From a virus (Duplodnaviria; Heunggongvirae; Uroviricota; Caudoviricetes), in the IMG/VR virus record IMGVR_UViG_2799112923_000001: a stretch of 64,000 nucleotides of DNA. The stretch is one strand, 5' to 3'. The position numbers and the translations under genes are program-made. The notes beneath the pieces are model-generated. The model did not search any database, was not told the DNA's origin, and saw only the letters and a list, made by a program, of their open reading frames with translations. Shown here in pieces: positions 50,010 to 58,769 of the stretch (position 1 is the first letter of the stretch; the number at the start of each line of letters is the position of its first letter).

Positions 50010-51086
50010 TTAATTAAAACTTTTCCAAAAGTCTGTATTATCGTTTGATTCGTCAAACAAGCATGGAGGTGGTGCGTAATCATCTACAACTGTGGTTGGT
50101 GATGAAACTTGTATAGCATCCAAATCAAATTGTGGTAATGATAAGCAATACACTGCCCAATATAAACCGGAAACAAGGTCATCGTGGCACCCTTTAGCAC
50201 CTCTAAAATGGTTTGGACTAATTTGTTCAAAACGAGATAACTGATAAATTGTTTCGGCATCGTGTAGAATTAGTTTATGAGCATCAGCAACCTTCTTTAA
50301 TGCCATACAAGCATCTAATTTACTTGCAGGAGTAGCACGGGTTCCAATTCCCTTACCATCAGTATTCATTACATTAGGACAACCAATGTTATACCATAAT
50401 TCATCTGTAACATATCTACCGCAATCGTTGTTTTCAACAATCATCATAGCATTATTATAGGCTTCACTTGTTTTTGCTATGATTTGAGCATAGTCTACTG
50501 GCTTGATTTTATTGTGTTTGAACACACAAACTTGTTCGTATAAATCACGATTAACGATTTTTAATACTTGGAACGCACAATAGTCCTGACCTACACCAGT
50601 TGAACTATCTACACCCATAACATATACAACACCTGGTTGAGGTTCTTCATATATGTTCATAGCATAGTTGTATTTAATCGTCACTGGGTCGGAAGGTAAA
50701 TATGTTTTTAAGATTTCACCATCAACAAGTGTTGGAGATGAACCTTCAAATGAGCAGTTATAATTAACTACACCATTTGCTATATACTTATTACCATTTT
50801 GAACCATAACGGGTGTGTAAACTGTTTGTACACCCATTGGAATTATATTATCAACTGTTTTAGGACCTAGTCTTCTACCATATTCTAGTGTATCACCTTT
50901 TCTTAATTTTTCTGCTACTATTTCATAATCATTATTGCCTAAAGTTTTATAGTTATAGCAAGCAAATCGGTGGTCTTTACTACAAGTAATAGATGTACCA
51001 TCGGTAAAAACAATCTTTATACAATCAGCGGTTTTCTTTTGTATCTTATAATAAGGCTGATATCCTGTTGGAGTCAGTATTTTCAT
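50010..51086 (-). CDS. Terminase large subunit C-terminal (nuclease) half preceded by a split-intein C fragment
   Basis: CSFEGSS...YVMGVDSSTGVGQDY...YNNA.MIVENN...HDDLV are gp17 motifs; the ATPase half is absent. Confidence 0.92.
   Translation of the reverse strand: MKILTPTGYQPYYKIQKKTADCIKIVFTDGTSITCSKDHRFACYNYKTLGNNDYEIVAEKLRKGDTLEYGRRLGPKTVDNIIPMGVQTVYTPVMVQNGNKYIANGVVNYNCSFEGSSPTLVDGEILKTYLPSDPVTIKYNYAMNIYEEPQPGVVYVMGVDSSTGVGQDYCAFQVLKIVNRDLYEQVCVFKHNKIKPVDYAQIIAKTSEAYNNAMMIVENNDCGRYVTDELWYNIGCPNVMNTDGKGIGTRATPASKLDACMALKKVADAHKLILHDAETIYQLSRFEQISPNHFRGAKGCHDDLVSGLYWAVYCLSLPQFDLDAIQVSSPTTVVDDYAPPPCLFDESNDNTDFWKSFN
50757..51086 (-). mobile_element. Atypically split intein, 110-aa IntC
   Basis: MKILTPTG..., CSKDHRF (block B), YIANGVVNYN|C junction; no block A Cys1 segment. 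Confidence 0.88.
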
Positions 51087-51499
51087 TAATTACACCATTC
51101 ATTCACTGTTTCGCTTCCGCCTGGATTATACACTCTGCGTAATTCATTGGAAGCTTCATTATTTTGTGGAATATCATCAAACAAATGGGCTGTTTCTTTC
51201 CACATTTCTGCTTCTTTAATAGGTTCCACTGTAGGAACTTGAACAGTACCTTCTTGTACTGTTTCGGTTTCAATCGGAGTTGCCTGAATTACTACTTCTT
51301 GGGTTCCTGTGTTGGTGGAACTGGCTTTGGTTGTGGTTTTCTTGGTGGTACTCTTCTCATTTTCTTCTCCTTCTATTTCTCGGGTTTCTTCATCAGTTTT
51401 ATATTCACTATATTTCTTTTTGTGAATGTTCCAATAATGCATCGCAATCTTCTTGCTATCAAACCATTCACCGCAAATTTTACATTTCTTTTGAATCAT
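51086..51499 (-). CDS. Small C2H2 zinc-finger protein with disordered tail
   Basis: CKICG...HYWNIH; GAGGTG RBS. Confidence 0.65.
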   Translation of the reverse strand: MIQKKCKICGEWFDSKKIAMHYWNIHKKKYSEYKTDEETREIEGEENEKSTTKKTTTKASSTNTGTQEVVIQATPIETETVQEGTVQVPTVEPIKEAEMWKETAHLFDDIPQNNEASNELRRVYNPGGSETVNEWCN

Positions 51500-51534
51500 A
51501 TAATCACCTCACATTAATTTGTTTATTATTTATA

Positions 51535-52419
51535 TTACCACCCATCAAAAGGGTCTATTCTGTAATACTCTTTTTTGTTTTCATCAGTTTCAGGGTGATA
51601 TATTGCCTGGTCTTGTTCTTTTTCTTTCAAATTATCATTGATAGCAAGTTTATCACCACTAGCCTTAACAACACTTGTTGGTGTTGGTGAATACTCAGGG
51701 TGAACTTCTACATTAGCAGCATCAGGATTTAATTTGTGTGCAGCATCGTGTTTACCCATATCGTAATCTACATTAAAGGTTTCGCCCAATTCAACATAAC
51801 TGCGTAAATGTTCCATATTGTCATCATTTACATTCATTTCATCCACATTTTCGTGAGAATTTCTCCAAACTCTCAAACTAAACTTGTATGTAATTGGTGT
51901 GGATAGGAATGTTGTACCTTCTGCGAAGTCTTTTACATTCAATACTTCGTAATAAAGGTCGGAATACTTAAAATACATCAAATCACCAATTTTAGGAACA
52001 ATACTTTCATACGCATTTGGATTTTCTGTTTTCCAATCATATCTACTTGCTTCAGCAAAGTGTTGAATTGTACATTGAACTTCTATGATTTCTGTATAAA
52101 TCATTCCTTGTAGTTCATATTGTTTCTGTAATTGTGGAATGTTTTCAGCATAGACCTGTAAAGCAAATCTTCTCTTTACATTTTCTAATTGGTCTTCTCC
52201 ATAAACTGGGTCAAACTTGGTATCGTGTTCTTTAACAAAATAATAAACAGATAATCCATACTTATTATATGCTTCGCTAGTTAAACTTGCCATAAGAGCA
52301 GCTTCACTGCCATAGCAATCATTGTTTAATGAATCAAAATACCTTGGTTGTGTCCAGTCCGTCTGTGGTGGGCAACTATTACCAAATACTTTCTTAAATT
52401 CACTAGCAAAATCTGTCAT
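51535..52419 (-). CDS. Neck protein (T4 gp14-like)
   Basis: EAYNKYG..VYY...DPVYGED...PKIGDLMYF...DPF. Confidence 0.85.
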   Translation of the reverse strand: MTDFASEFKKVFGNSCPPQTDWTQPRYFDSLNNDCYGSEAALMASLTSEAYNKYGLSVYYFVKEHDTKFDPVYGEDQLENVKRRFALQVYAENIPQLQKQYELQGMIYTEIIEVQCTIQHFAEASRYDWKTENPNAYESIVPKIGDLMYFKYSDLYYEVLNVKDFAEGTTFLSTPITYKFSLRVWRNSHENVDEMNVNDDNMEHLRSYVELGETFNVDYDMGKHDAAHKLNPDAANVEVHPEYSPTPTSVVKASGDKLAINDNLKEKEQDQAIYHPETDENKKEYYRIDPFDGW

Positions 52420-52449
52420 ATATCTGCGGCTTCGTATAAATTCATACTA

Positions 52450-52461
52450 TATTTATAAATA
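52450..52461. promoter_or_regulatory. Bidirectional T4-type late promoter
   Basis: Palindrome TATTTATAAATA gives TATAAATA on both strands between divergent genes. Confidence 0.75.
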
Positions 52462-52477
52462 GATTAAGAGGTTTCCA

Positions 52478-53842
52478 ATGAAATTTGAACAATTTTTAAA
52501 TGAAAAATTAGCAGACGATTTAACACCATCCCAAATGGATTACTATTGGAAAGCAATCCACGCATATAACTCCTGGAAAAAGAACCAAAAGAACTCTATG
52601 AAAGTCAAGAATATGTTATCTTTCATACTTATGAATTTTAACCTAGATGACCGTGCTACAGCTAAAATTACAAATCTTAAAAATACAGTAGATGAATATA
52701 TTCAAAATGGTAATTTGGTTATAGCACCAATCAAACATAGAGAAAAGAAAGAAGAAGAACCTGAAACCAAGCAAGAAGTAACTATTGACGAAACTGAGTA
52801 CCAGACTATTGAGATAGATAAAGAATTTTGCGAGAAAGCATTTGATAAATTCAATCAAAAGTATTTTGAAAATAAACTTGCTAAAATACCATTTGAAATA
52901 AAATCTATTGGTGGTGGTATTGAAGGTCAATTCGCATTTACTGTTAATTATAGAGATAAAAAATTTGACCCAATTTGTATTAGAATTAATAAAAAAGATG
53001 ACTGGACTTTATCTTCATTTAGAAATACATTAGTCCACGAAATGCTTCACTATTATGTTCACTGCTATAATAATGGATTAACTGAAGAAGATTGGCAATC
53101 AGCATTCTTTTATTTAATTCGTGGTAAAAAACGCAAAGCAAATTCAATCCTAGAAGTAACTGATGCTACATGCCACGGTGGTATTTGGTTGAAATTAGCA
53201 AAAGAATTAAATAAGAGATATACTGAACTATGTATCACTAGAAATGGATTCGTTAGTTATCGTGCTGAAACAGATAAAGTAAAAGTCATTAACCAACTAA
53301 AAGACGCATACGCAGTAGAATTACTTTATATGGGTTCTACTAAATTCCCAAGATATAGATTAGTTAATAAAGAACAACTTGATAAAATAATGAGTTTTAT
53401 TAAAGAAAGTCCAACTGTTAAAGTAGATGAATATGGTAGTCTTGATTATACAGACCCAACAACTAATTTTATTTCGGATTTAAGTATTAGTTATCGTAAT
53501 CCAAATGATTTTACAGATGTTTATGCAGCTCAAATTGTAAATCCTGTTCCATTAGCAGAATTTCCAATTAGAGATATAGAAAAGGAACCTTATGCTATGG
53601 GTAAAGAAGAATGGAAACAAATGAATCACACATCAGCTTTCGGAAAATTCAAGAAACTCGGTGAAATCAAAATTAAAACAAAAGAAAACGAAAGTAAAGA
53701 AGAAACCAATTTCTTAAACTGGTTAAATGAAAAAACACAAAAGAAATGGGATATTGAAAAATTGAAAGCATTAGGATTAACTGACGAAGAAATAGAAAAA
53801 TTACTATCCGGTGATGTGGAAGAACAATGTACTATTGAATAA
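52478..53842 (+). CDS. SprT-like zinc metalloprotease
   Basis: FDKFNQKYF..KL, TLVHEMLH, HGGIW. Confidence 0.8.
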   Translation: MKFEQFLNEKLADDLTPSQMDYYWKAIHAYNSWKKNQKNSMKVKNMLSFILMNFNLDDRATAKITNLKNTVDEYIQNGNLVIAPIKHREKKEEEPETKQEVTIDETEYQTIEIDKEFCEKAFDKFNQKYFENKLAKIPFEIKSIGGGIEGQFAFTVNYRDKKFDPICIRINKKDDWTLSSFRNTLVHEMLHYYVHCYNNGLTEEDWQSAFFYLIRGKKRKANSILEVTDATCHGGIWLKLAKELNKRYTELCITRNGFVSYRAETDKVKVINQLKDAYAVELLYMGSTKFPRYRLVNKEQLDKIMSFIKESPTVKVDEYGSLDYTDPTTNFISDLSISYRNPNDFTDVYAAQIVNPVPLAEFPIRDIEKEPYAMGKEEWKQMNHTSAFGKFKKLGEIKIKTKENESKEETNFLNWLNEKTQKKWDIEKLKALGLTDEEIEKLLSGDVEEQCTIE

Positions 53843-53908
53843 TGTAAACAAAATTTTACATAAAATTGGCAGTTGTCTATTGACAACTGCTTTTTATTTT
53901 ACTATATT
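53843..53908 (+). promoter_or_regulatory. Early promoter with palindromic box; -35 embedded in a terminator hairpin
   Basis: Box 53843-53860, TTGACA 53880, TATATT 53903. Confidence 0.85.
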
Positions 53909-53932
53909 ATATAGTGTAAAAGAGAGGTAACT

Positions 53933-54298
53933 ATGAACACATACACACACAAAGAATTGGTTGAACTTATGAGAAAGCAGATTACTACTAGCCCGAAGAA
54001 GGCTATTGCTGCGTTACTTAGAATTTACGAAAACCAGCGTGTAGATGAAAAGAGTTATCGTTCTGTATATTACAAAAATGGTATTGGTTTCAAACCCCAG
54101 GATGTGAGAGTCCTTTCTAGTATGGCTGAACAGGCTATCCATAACAAGAAAATGGAAAAAGAAAATTTGCTCACAGAAAAGCAAATTAAATGGCTCCTGA
54201 AATTGATTGGCAAATATGCTGGTCAGTTGGTGGATGGCTCTATTGCTGAAGGCAAAATCGTTAAGCTCCAAAAGGGCAAATTCATTGTAAACAAGTAA
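53933..54298 (+). CDS. Early hypothetical protein
   Basis: AGAGGTAACT-ATG. Confidence 0.75.
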   Translation: MNTYTHKELVELMRKQITTSPKKAIAALLRIYENQRVDEKSYRSVYYKNGIGFKPQDVRVLSSMAEQAIHNKKMEKENLLTEKQIKWLLKLIGKYAGQLVDGSIAEGKIVKLQKGKFIVNK

Positions 54299-54314
54299 TT
54301 ACAAAGGTACAACT

Positions 54315-54563
54315 ATGAAAATTACAGAACTCACTGCGGAAAATCTTGAAAATGCTAAAACTGGTGATATTATCGTAACCCCGCATAAGGGCGAATACAA
54401 GATTGAACAGGTGTACAATGGTGTTTGGCTCTATAAGAATGGCGAAATTGTTTATCGTGATTATGCCGACAATTATGTATGGTCAGCCAAAGAAAACACC
54501 AACACAGCTCGTTTACATTTTATGTACGAAATTCTCGCTCGTTGGGCTAATCGTAATTGGTAA
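54315..54563 (+). CDS. Early hypothetical protein
   Basis: AAGGT RBS. Confidence 0.65.
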   Translation: MKITELTAENLENAKTGDIIVTPHKGEYKIEQVYNGVWLYKNGEIVYRDYADNYVWSAKENTNTARLHFMYEILARWANRNW

Positions 54564-54574
54564 TGGAGGTAACT

Positions 54575-54865
54575 ATGTTAAGAGATTACATTTTTGAAAT
54601 CAAAAATAAAATCAATGAAATCAATTTCTGTTTAGACGAAAACCAGGATCCAGTTTACTGGAAATGGACTGGAACAGATGCGGAATTAGACAAAATCGTC
54701 TATGAAGATTACGAAGGTTTAATTGATTTTGCGTATGAAAAGCAAATCAGTGTAGCATCAATTTCCCACGAAATTGTTCAGCGTATCGTTGAAGATAAAA
54801 AGGGATTGGAAGATTTGAAAGACGCAGCAGAAATCGTTAAAGAAATCAAGGCTCACTATTTGTAA
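54575..54865 (+). CDS. Early hypothetical protein
   Basis: GGAGGTAACT-ATG at 54575. Confidence 0.7.
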   Translation: MLRDYIFEIKNKINEINFCLDENQDPVYWKWTGTDAELDKIVYEDYEGLIDFAYEKQISVASISHEIVQRIVEDKKGLEDLKDAAEIVKEIKAHYL

Positions 54866-54917
54866 ACAAAAATTTACAAAGTGACCCATTGACAAACTTC
54901 AATTTATAAACTATAAT
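54861..54917 (+). promoter_or_regulatory. Early promoter with palindromic box
   Basis: Box 54861-54878, TTGACA 54889, TATAAT 54912. Confidence 0.9.
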
Positions 54918-54948
54918 TGTGTATGAAAACTCAAAAACGAGGTACTAA

Positions 54949-55335
54949 ATGGTTACAGAAGGACTAGAACGATTTAATAAAATCGTAGATATTTGTGGAT
55001 TGTATGTTCCCGAAGAGGGAAAGAAAATTCTACAGGACCCAGAACGAATGAAGAATGAAGCCGTTTGTGCGTATGTGAACGAAGAAGCATTCACGAATAA
55101 CGCAGGCTATATCATTTCTGTAATTGACGAATGTGTTTACGCATGTTTGGAAACTGTGGAAGATTTAAAGACCCGTGGTGGTTTTACCAAAGAATTTTGT
55201 TTTAACGGTTGTTTCCCTGCGTGGACTTATACCGATGAAATGCTCATTGAACATATTGGTGACCTGTGTGTAGAATATAAGAAACACGCATCCAATAAGG
55301 CTCTCAAATCTTTGCAGGAAGATTTTGACGATTAA
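54949..55335 (+). CDS. Early hypothetical protein
   Basis: GAGGT RBS. Confidence 0.7.
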   Translation: MVTEGLERFNKIVDICGLYVPEEGKKILQDPERMKNEAVCAYVNEEAFTNNAGYIISVIDECVYACLETVEDLKTRGGFTKEFCFNGCFPAWTYTDEMLIEHIGDLCVEYKKHASNKALKSLQEDFDD

Positions 55336-55336
55336 A

Positions 55337-55393
55337 TGTAAAAATCTTTTTACAAAGTGAACCATTGACAAAACAAAAATTAAAAACTAAAAT
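55337..55393 (+). promoter_or_regulatory. Early promoter with palindromic box
   Basis: Box 55337-55354, TTGACA 55365, TAAAAT 55388. Confidence 0.85.
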
Positions 55394-55427
55394 TGGAAAC
55401 ATTCACAACAAACAAAGAGGTACAAAA

Positions 55428-55643
55428 ATGAAGAAATTTAAGATTACTAACACTGCCACCAATGAAACCCGTGAATTTGGTGTGCCCGATAATGCTACTG
55501 ACCAGGAATACGATGCCATGAAGGAAATCGTTATCGCAGGTCTTCAGGGCAATAACGAAATTGGTAATATCAAGATTGAATTGATTGACGCTCCTGACGA
55601 AATCAAGGAACGATATATTATCAACCCGGATTGTGATGGTTAG
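55428..55643 (+). CDS. Early hypothetical protein
   Basis: AGAGGT RBS before ATG 55428. Confidence 0.7.
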   Translation: MKKFKITNTATNETREFGVPDNATDQEYDAMKEIVIAGLQGNNEIGNIKIELIDAPDEIKERYIINPDCDG

Positions 55644-55645
55644 TT

Positions 55646-55702
55646 TGTAAAAATCATTTTACAAAATTACCCATTGACAAAACGAAAAACAAAATCTAAA
55701 AT
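55646..55702 (+). promoter_or_regulatory. Early promoter with palindromic box
   Basis: Box 55646-55663, TTGACA 55674, TAAAAT 55697. Confidence 0.85.
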
Positions 55703-55762
55703 TTCACTTGTGATTTTTAACTAATATCAACTAACCATAAACAAAAAGGAAAAAAATAAATT

Positions 55763-56971
55763 ATGGATATTGCAACTCTCAAATCAGTACTCGCAGCAAC
55801 TCCTTCCACTCACACCATTATGTTGAAGGGCCCTCATGGTATCGGTAAGACCGAAGTCATTCGTTGGCTCGCAAAGAATGTATGGCATCAGGATTGTGTG
55901 GAATTCCAGGCATCCCAGATCTCCGACGTGGGTGACTTGATTGGTCTGCCACGCATCAATTCCGAAACCGGTGAAACCGAGTTCGTTCCTCCATATTGGT
56001 ATAAGAAGGACGAAAATGGTAATCCACTTCCCGTCACTCTTTTCCTTGACGAAATCAACCGTGGTACTACCCTCGTCACCAATGCTATGATGCAGCTTGG
56101 CCTTGACCATCGCATTTTGAATTTCAAGCTGGCTCCAGGTTCGCACGTCATTTGTGCTATCAATCCGGGTGACGATGGCAATTATGATGTTGAAGAATTT
56201 GACCCGGCAAAGATGGACCGTTTCGTGGTCTATAACTTTACCCCAACTGTTCAGGAATGGCTTGATTGGGCTACTGAGTCTGGCGTGAACTCCGTTGTAA
56301 CTGGCTACATCTCCCAGTACTCCGGCGACCTTGACCCATACTCCAATGCCGCAGCTAGTAAGACTGCTAGCAAGAGCTTTGATGGTATTCTTCCATCCCG
56401 CCGTACGTGGACTCATTTCGCTGCGTTCCTTGATATGGCATCCGAAAAGGGATTGTTTGATGGCAATAAGGGTTTGGGTATTCTCCAGGAATCTTGTGCC
56501 GGTTATGTGGGGCAGGCTATCGCAGCCAAATTCAAGACCTACTATGCTCAGCATGGTACTGGTATGGATGCTAAGGCTCTAATGGAATCCAAGAACTTTG
56601 AAAAGGATTTCGGAAAGAAGGTAGAAGGTCTTTGTAAGAAATCCAAGATTGAAGCGGTCCAGTTGGGTCAGTCTGTCTGCCAGTATCTCCATGAACAGGA
56701 AGGCAAGATGGGCACTCCTGATAATCCAACGGAATTGGCTCACAAGTATGCTGACAATTTCTACTATTTCTTGACTCACCTGCAGAAAGAAATTCAGGTA
56801 GAAGTTTACACCAACGCAGTCGCTACGGCTCGTGAACGCAAGCAGAAGTGGACTAAACTCATTGGAAAATCTTGCACCATCAAGGTGAAGGACGAAAAGA
56901 GCGGCGAACAGGTTAATGCTCTCAATGCTCTCTACATTTCCATTGTTCGTATTCAGAACGAATTTAACTAA
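55763..56971 (+). CDS. MoxR-type AAA+ ATPase
   Basis: GPHGIGKT (Walker A), LFLDEINR (Walker B), DPAKMDRF, PSRRTW. Confidence 0.9.
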   Translation: MDIATLKSVLAATPSTHTIMLKGPHGIGKTEVIRWLAKNVWHQDCVEFQASQISDVGDLIGLPRINSETGETEFVPPYWYKKDENGNPLPVTLFLDEINRGTTLVTNAMMQLGLDHRILNFKLAPGSHVICAINPGDDGNYDVEEFDPAKMDRFVVYNFTPTVQEWLDWATESGVNSVVTGYISQYSGDLDPYSNAAASKTASKSFDGILPSRRTWTHFAAFLDMASEKGLFDGNKGLGILQESCAGYVGQAIAAKFKTYYAQHGTGMDAKALMESKNFEKDFGKKVEGLCKKSKIEAVQLGQSVCQYLHEQEGKMGTPDNPTELAHKYADNFYYFLTHLQKEIQVEVYTNAVATARERKQKWTKLIGKSCTIKVKDEKSGEQVNALNALYISIVRIQNEFN

Positions 56972-56987
56972 TTTCTTTATGGTGGTT

Positions 56988-57027
56988 GAGGGTGGTTTTC
57001 TCTCAAATGGGAAAACCACCTTTTTTC
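56988..57027 (+). terminator. Intrinsic terminator
   Basis: GGTGGTTTTC...GAAAACCACC followed by a T run. Confidence 0.75.
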
Positions 57028-57075
57028 TTCCAAAACTTCGCAGTGACGAAGTAAGAATTAGTTAAATCGTTCTTT

Positions 57076-57131
57076 TGTTAATTTTATTTTACATAACTTG
57101 GGTTGACAACAATTAACAATTTTACTAAATT
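57076..57131 (+). promoter_or_regulatory. Early promoter with palindromic box variant
   Basis: TGTTAA-N6-TTTACA 57076-57093, TTGACA 57103, TAAATT 57126. Confidence 0.8.
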
Positions 57132-57173
57132 ATCGTTAGATTGATAAACAATGCTATATAAGAGGTACAAATT

Positions 57174-58691
57174 ATGGCAAATTCTATTACTCAAACTACC
57201 AATGAAGTCATTGGTCTAACCAAACAAGAACTGGCGGAATTTTACAAGTCCGACAAGCAGGCGTATGATAACGCCTGGAATGAATGTAACTCAATGAGTG
57301 AACAACTCATTACATCAGCCGTAAAGTTGCTCCAATTTGAGCCGGCTATTCTCACATATTTTGGTTTGTGCGATTTGAAGCCTGTTCGTGACCCGGAGGT
57401 AACTCTCCGTCTTAATTGCCGTGGCACTGGTTCCGCTATCAATATGGAATACAACCCAATTTGGCTGAACAAGATTGAAGAATGCTCTATTCTTGCTTAC
57501 ATTATGTTTAGTGAATGTTTGCGTATCGCACTTCACCACATTACTACCCGTAAATGCTATCCCATTGAAATTTTCAAGAAGGCTAGTGATTACATTTCGT
57601 TTGCTGATAACCAGCGTTCTATTCTCAATACCCATAAGCCCGAAGTAACTCAAATGCTCCAGGAATTTCCTAGCAAGGCAAAATTCCGTCAAGAAACATC
57701 CAAAATCAAGTTTGACGAAGAACAGCATTGGTTCTTGGAAAAGGTTTTCTCTATGTTGATGGAAGTTGCCCAGTCGCAGCCACAATCCGGTAGTGGTCAA
57801 GGTCAAGGTGGACAAGGCCAGGGACAGGGACAAGGCCAAGGTAGCGGAAATGGTCAGGGTCAGGGTCAAGGACAGAATGGACAAGGTAATGGTGGTAATG
57901 GAAACCAAAACGGAAATGGTGGTGGTTCCGGTGGCAACCAACAGAAGAAGGGCGGAAGTGGTAATAATACCAAGGACGCCATCGGCGACTATTTTGACAA
58001 TTCCAAACAGGGTGCGGAAAAGGCAACAGAAGGTTGGGAAGAAAATACTCTCGTTGACCAGGAAATCCAGGAAATCACTCACCACATTGCTGAGAATGGT
58101 TCAACATGGGGTAACATTAGTGGTGGTTTGCTCCAGGCAATTCTTGCTGCTAATACTCCAAAATTTGACCCAAAGACGGTGCTAAAGAGATTCAAGGCCA
58201 ACACAGTTGATAAGTATACAGAAGATACTCGTATGCGACCAGATCGTAGAAAGGGATTTGATGTTCCAGGTAAGAAACACAAATATCGTTCTCGCATTTT
58301 GGTGGCTATTGACTGCTCCGGCTCTATGGCCGACGATGATGTTGAACGTGGTTGTGCCATTGTGAACAAATTCGTAAAACACGCTGATGTATCTTATTGC
58401 TTCTGGGATGGTGTTTGTGGTCCTTTCACCGAACAGAAACAAAAGAAAAACGAATTTAAGCTGATCGGTCGTGGCTGCACCAACCCGGAATGTGTGTTGG
58501 AAGCAATCAAGGAACGCAAGGCCAAATTTGATGGTATCATCTATTTCACCGATATGGGATTTGATTTCCCTCGTCCTGAACACATGGCGAACAAAATCTT
58601 TATGATTAGCACTCCTGGTACTGAATCATATATTCCTGAATGGGTGAAGTATCATCTTACCACCGAACAACTCTTCTCCATTGAAGAATAA
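57174..58691 (+). CDS. Metallopeptidase-like/VWA domain protein (AAA partner) with GQ-rich linker
   Basis: VAIDCSGSM MIDAS, GRGCT, IIYFTD; HExxH replaced by SECLR. Confidence 0.85.
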   Translation: MANSITQTTNEVIGLTKQELAEFYKSDKQAYDNAWNECNSMSEQLITSAVKLLQFEPAILTYFGLCDLKPVRDPEVTLRLNCRGTGSAINMEYNPIWLNKIEECSILAYIMFSECLRIALHHITTRKCYPIEIFKKASDYISFADNQRSILNTHKPEVTQMLQEFPSKAKFRQETSKIKFDEEQHWFLEKVFSMLMEVAQSQPQSGSGQGQGGQGQGQGQGQGSGNGQGQGQGQNGQGNGGNGNQNGNGGGSGGNQQKKGGSGNNTKDAIGDYFDNSKQGAEKATEGWEENTLVDQEIQEITHHIAENGSTWGNISGGLLQAILAANTPKFDPKTVLKRFKANTVDKYTEDTRMRPDRRKGFDVPGKKHKYRSRILVAIDCSGSMADDDVERGCAIVNKFVKHADVSYCFWDGVCGPFTEQKQKKNEFKLIGRGCTNPECVLEAIKERKAKFDGIIYFTDMGFDFPRPEHMANKIFMISTPGTESYIPEWVKYHLTTEQLFSIEE

Positions 58692-58712
58692 TTAGTTTGT
58701 TGTACCTCCGTA

Positions 58713-58750
58713 AAGAGGGTCATTTGGGAAACCAGGTGGCCCTCTTTTTT
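58713..58750 (+). terminator. Intrinsic terminator
   Basis: AAGAGGGTCA...TGGCCCTCTT followed by a T run. Confidence 0.75.
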
Positions 58751-58769
58751 ACTAACAAAGGAAATAACT

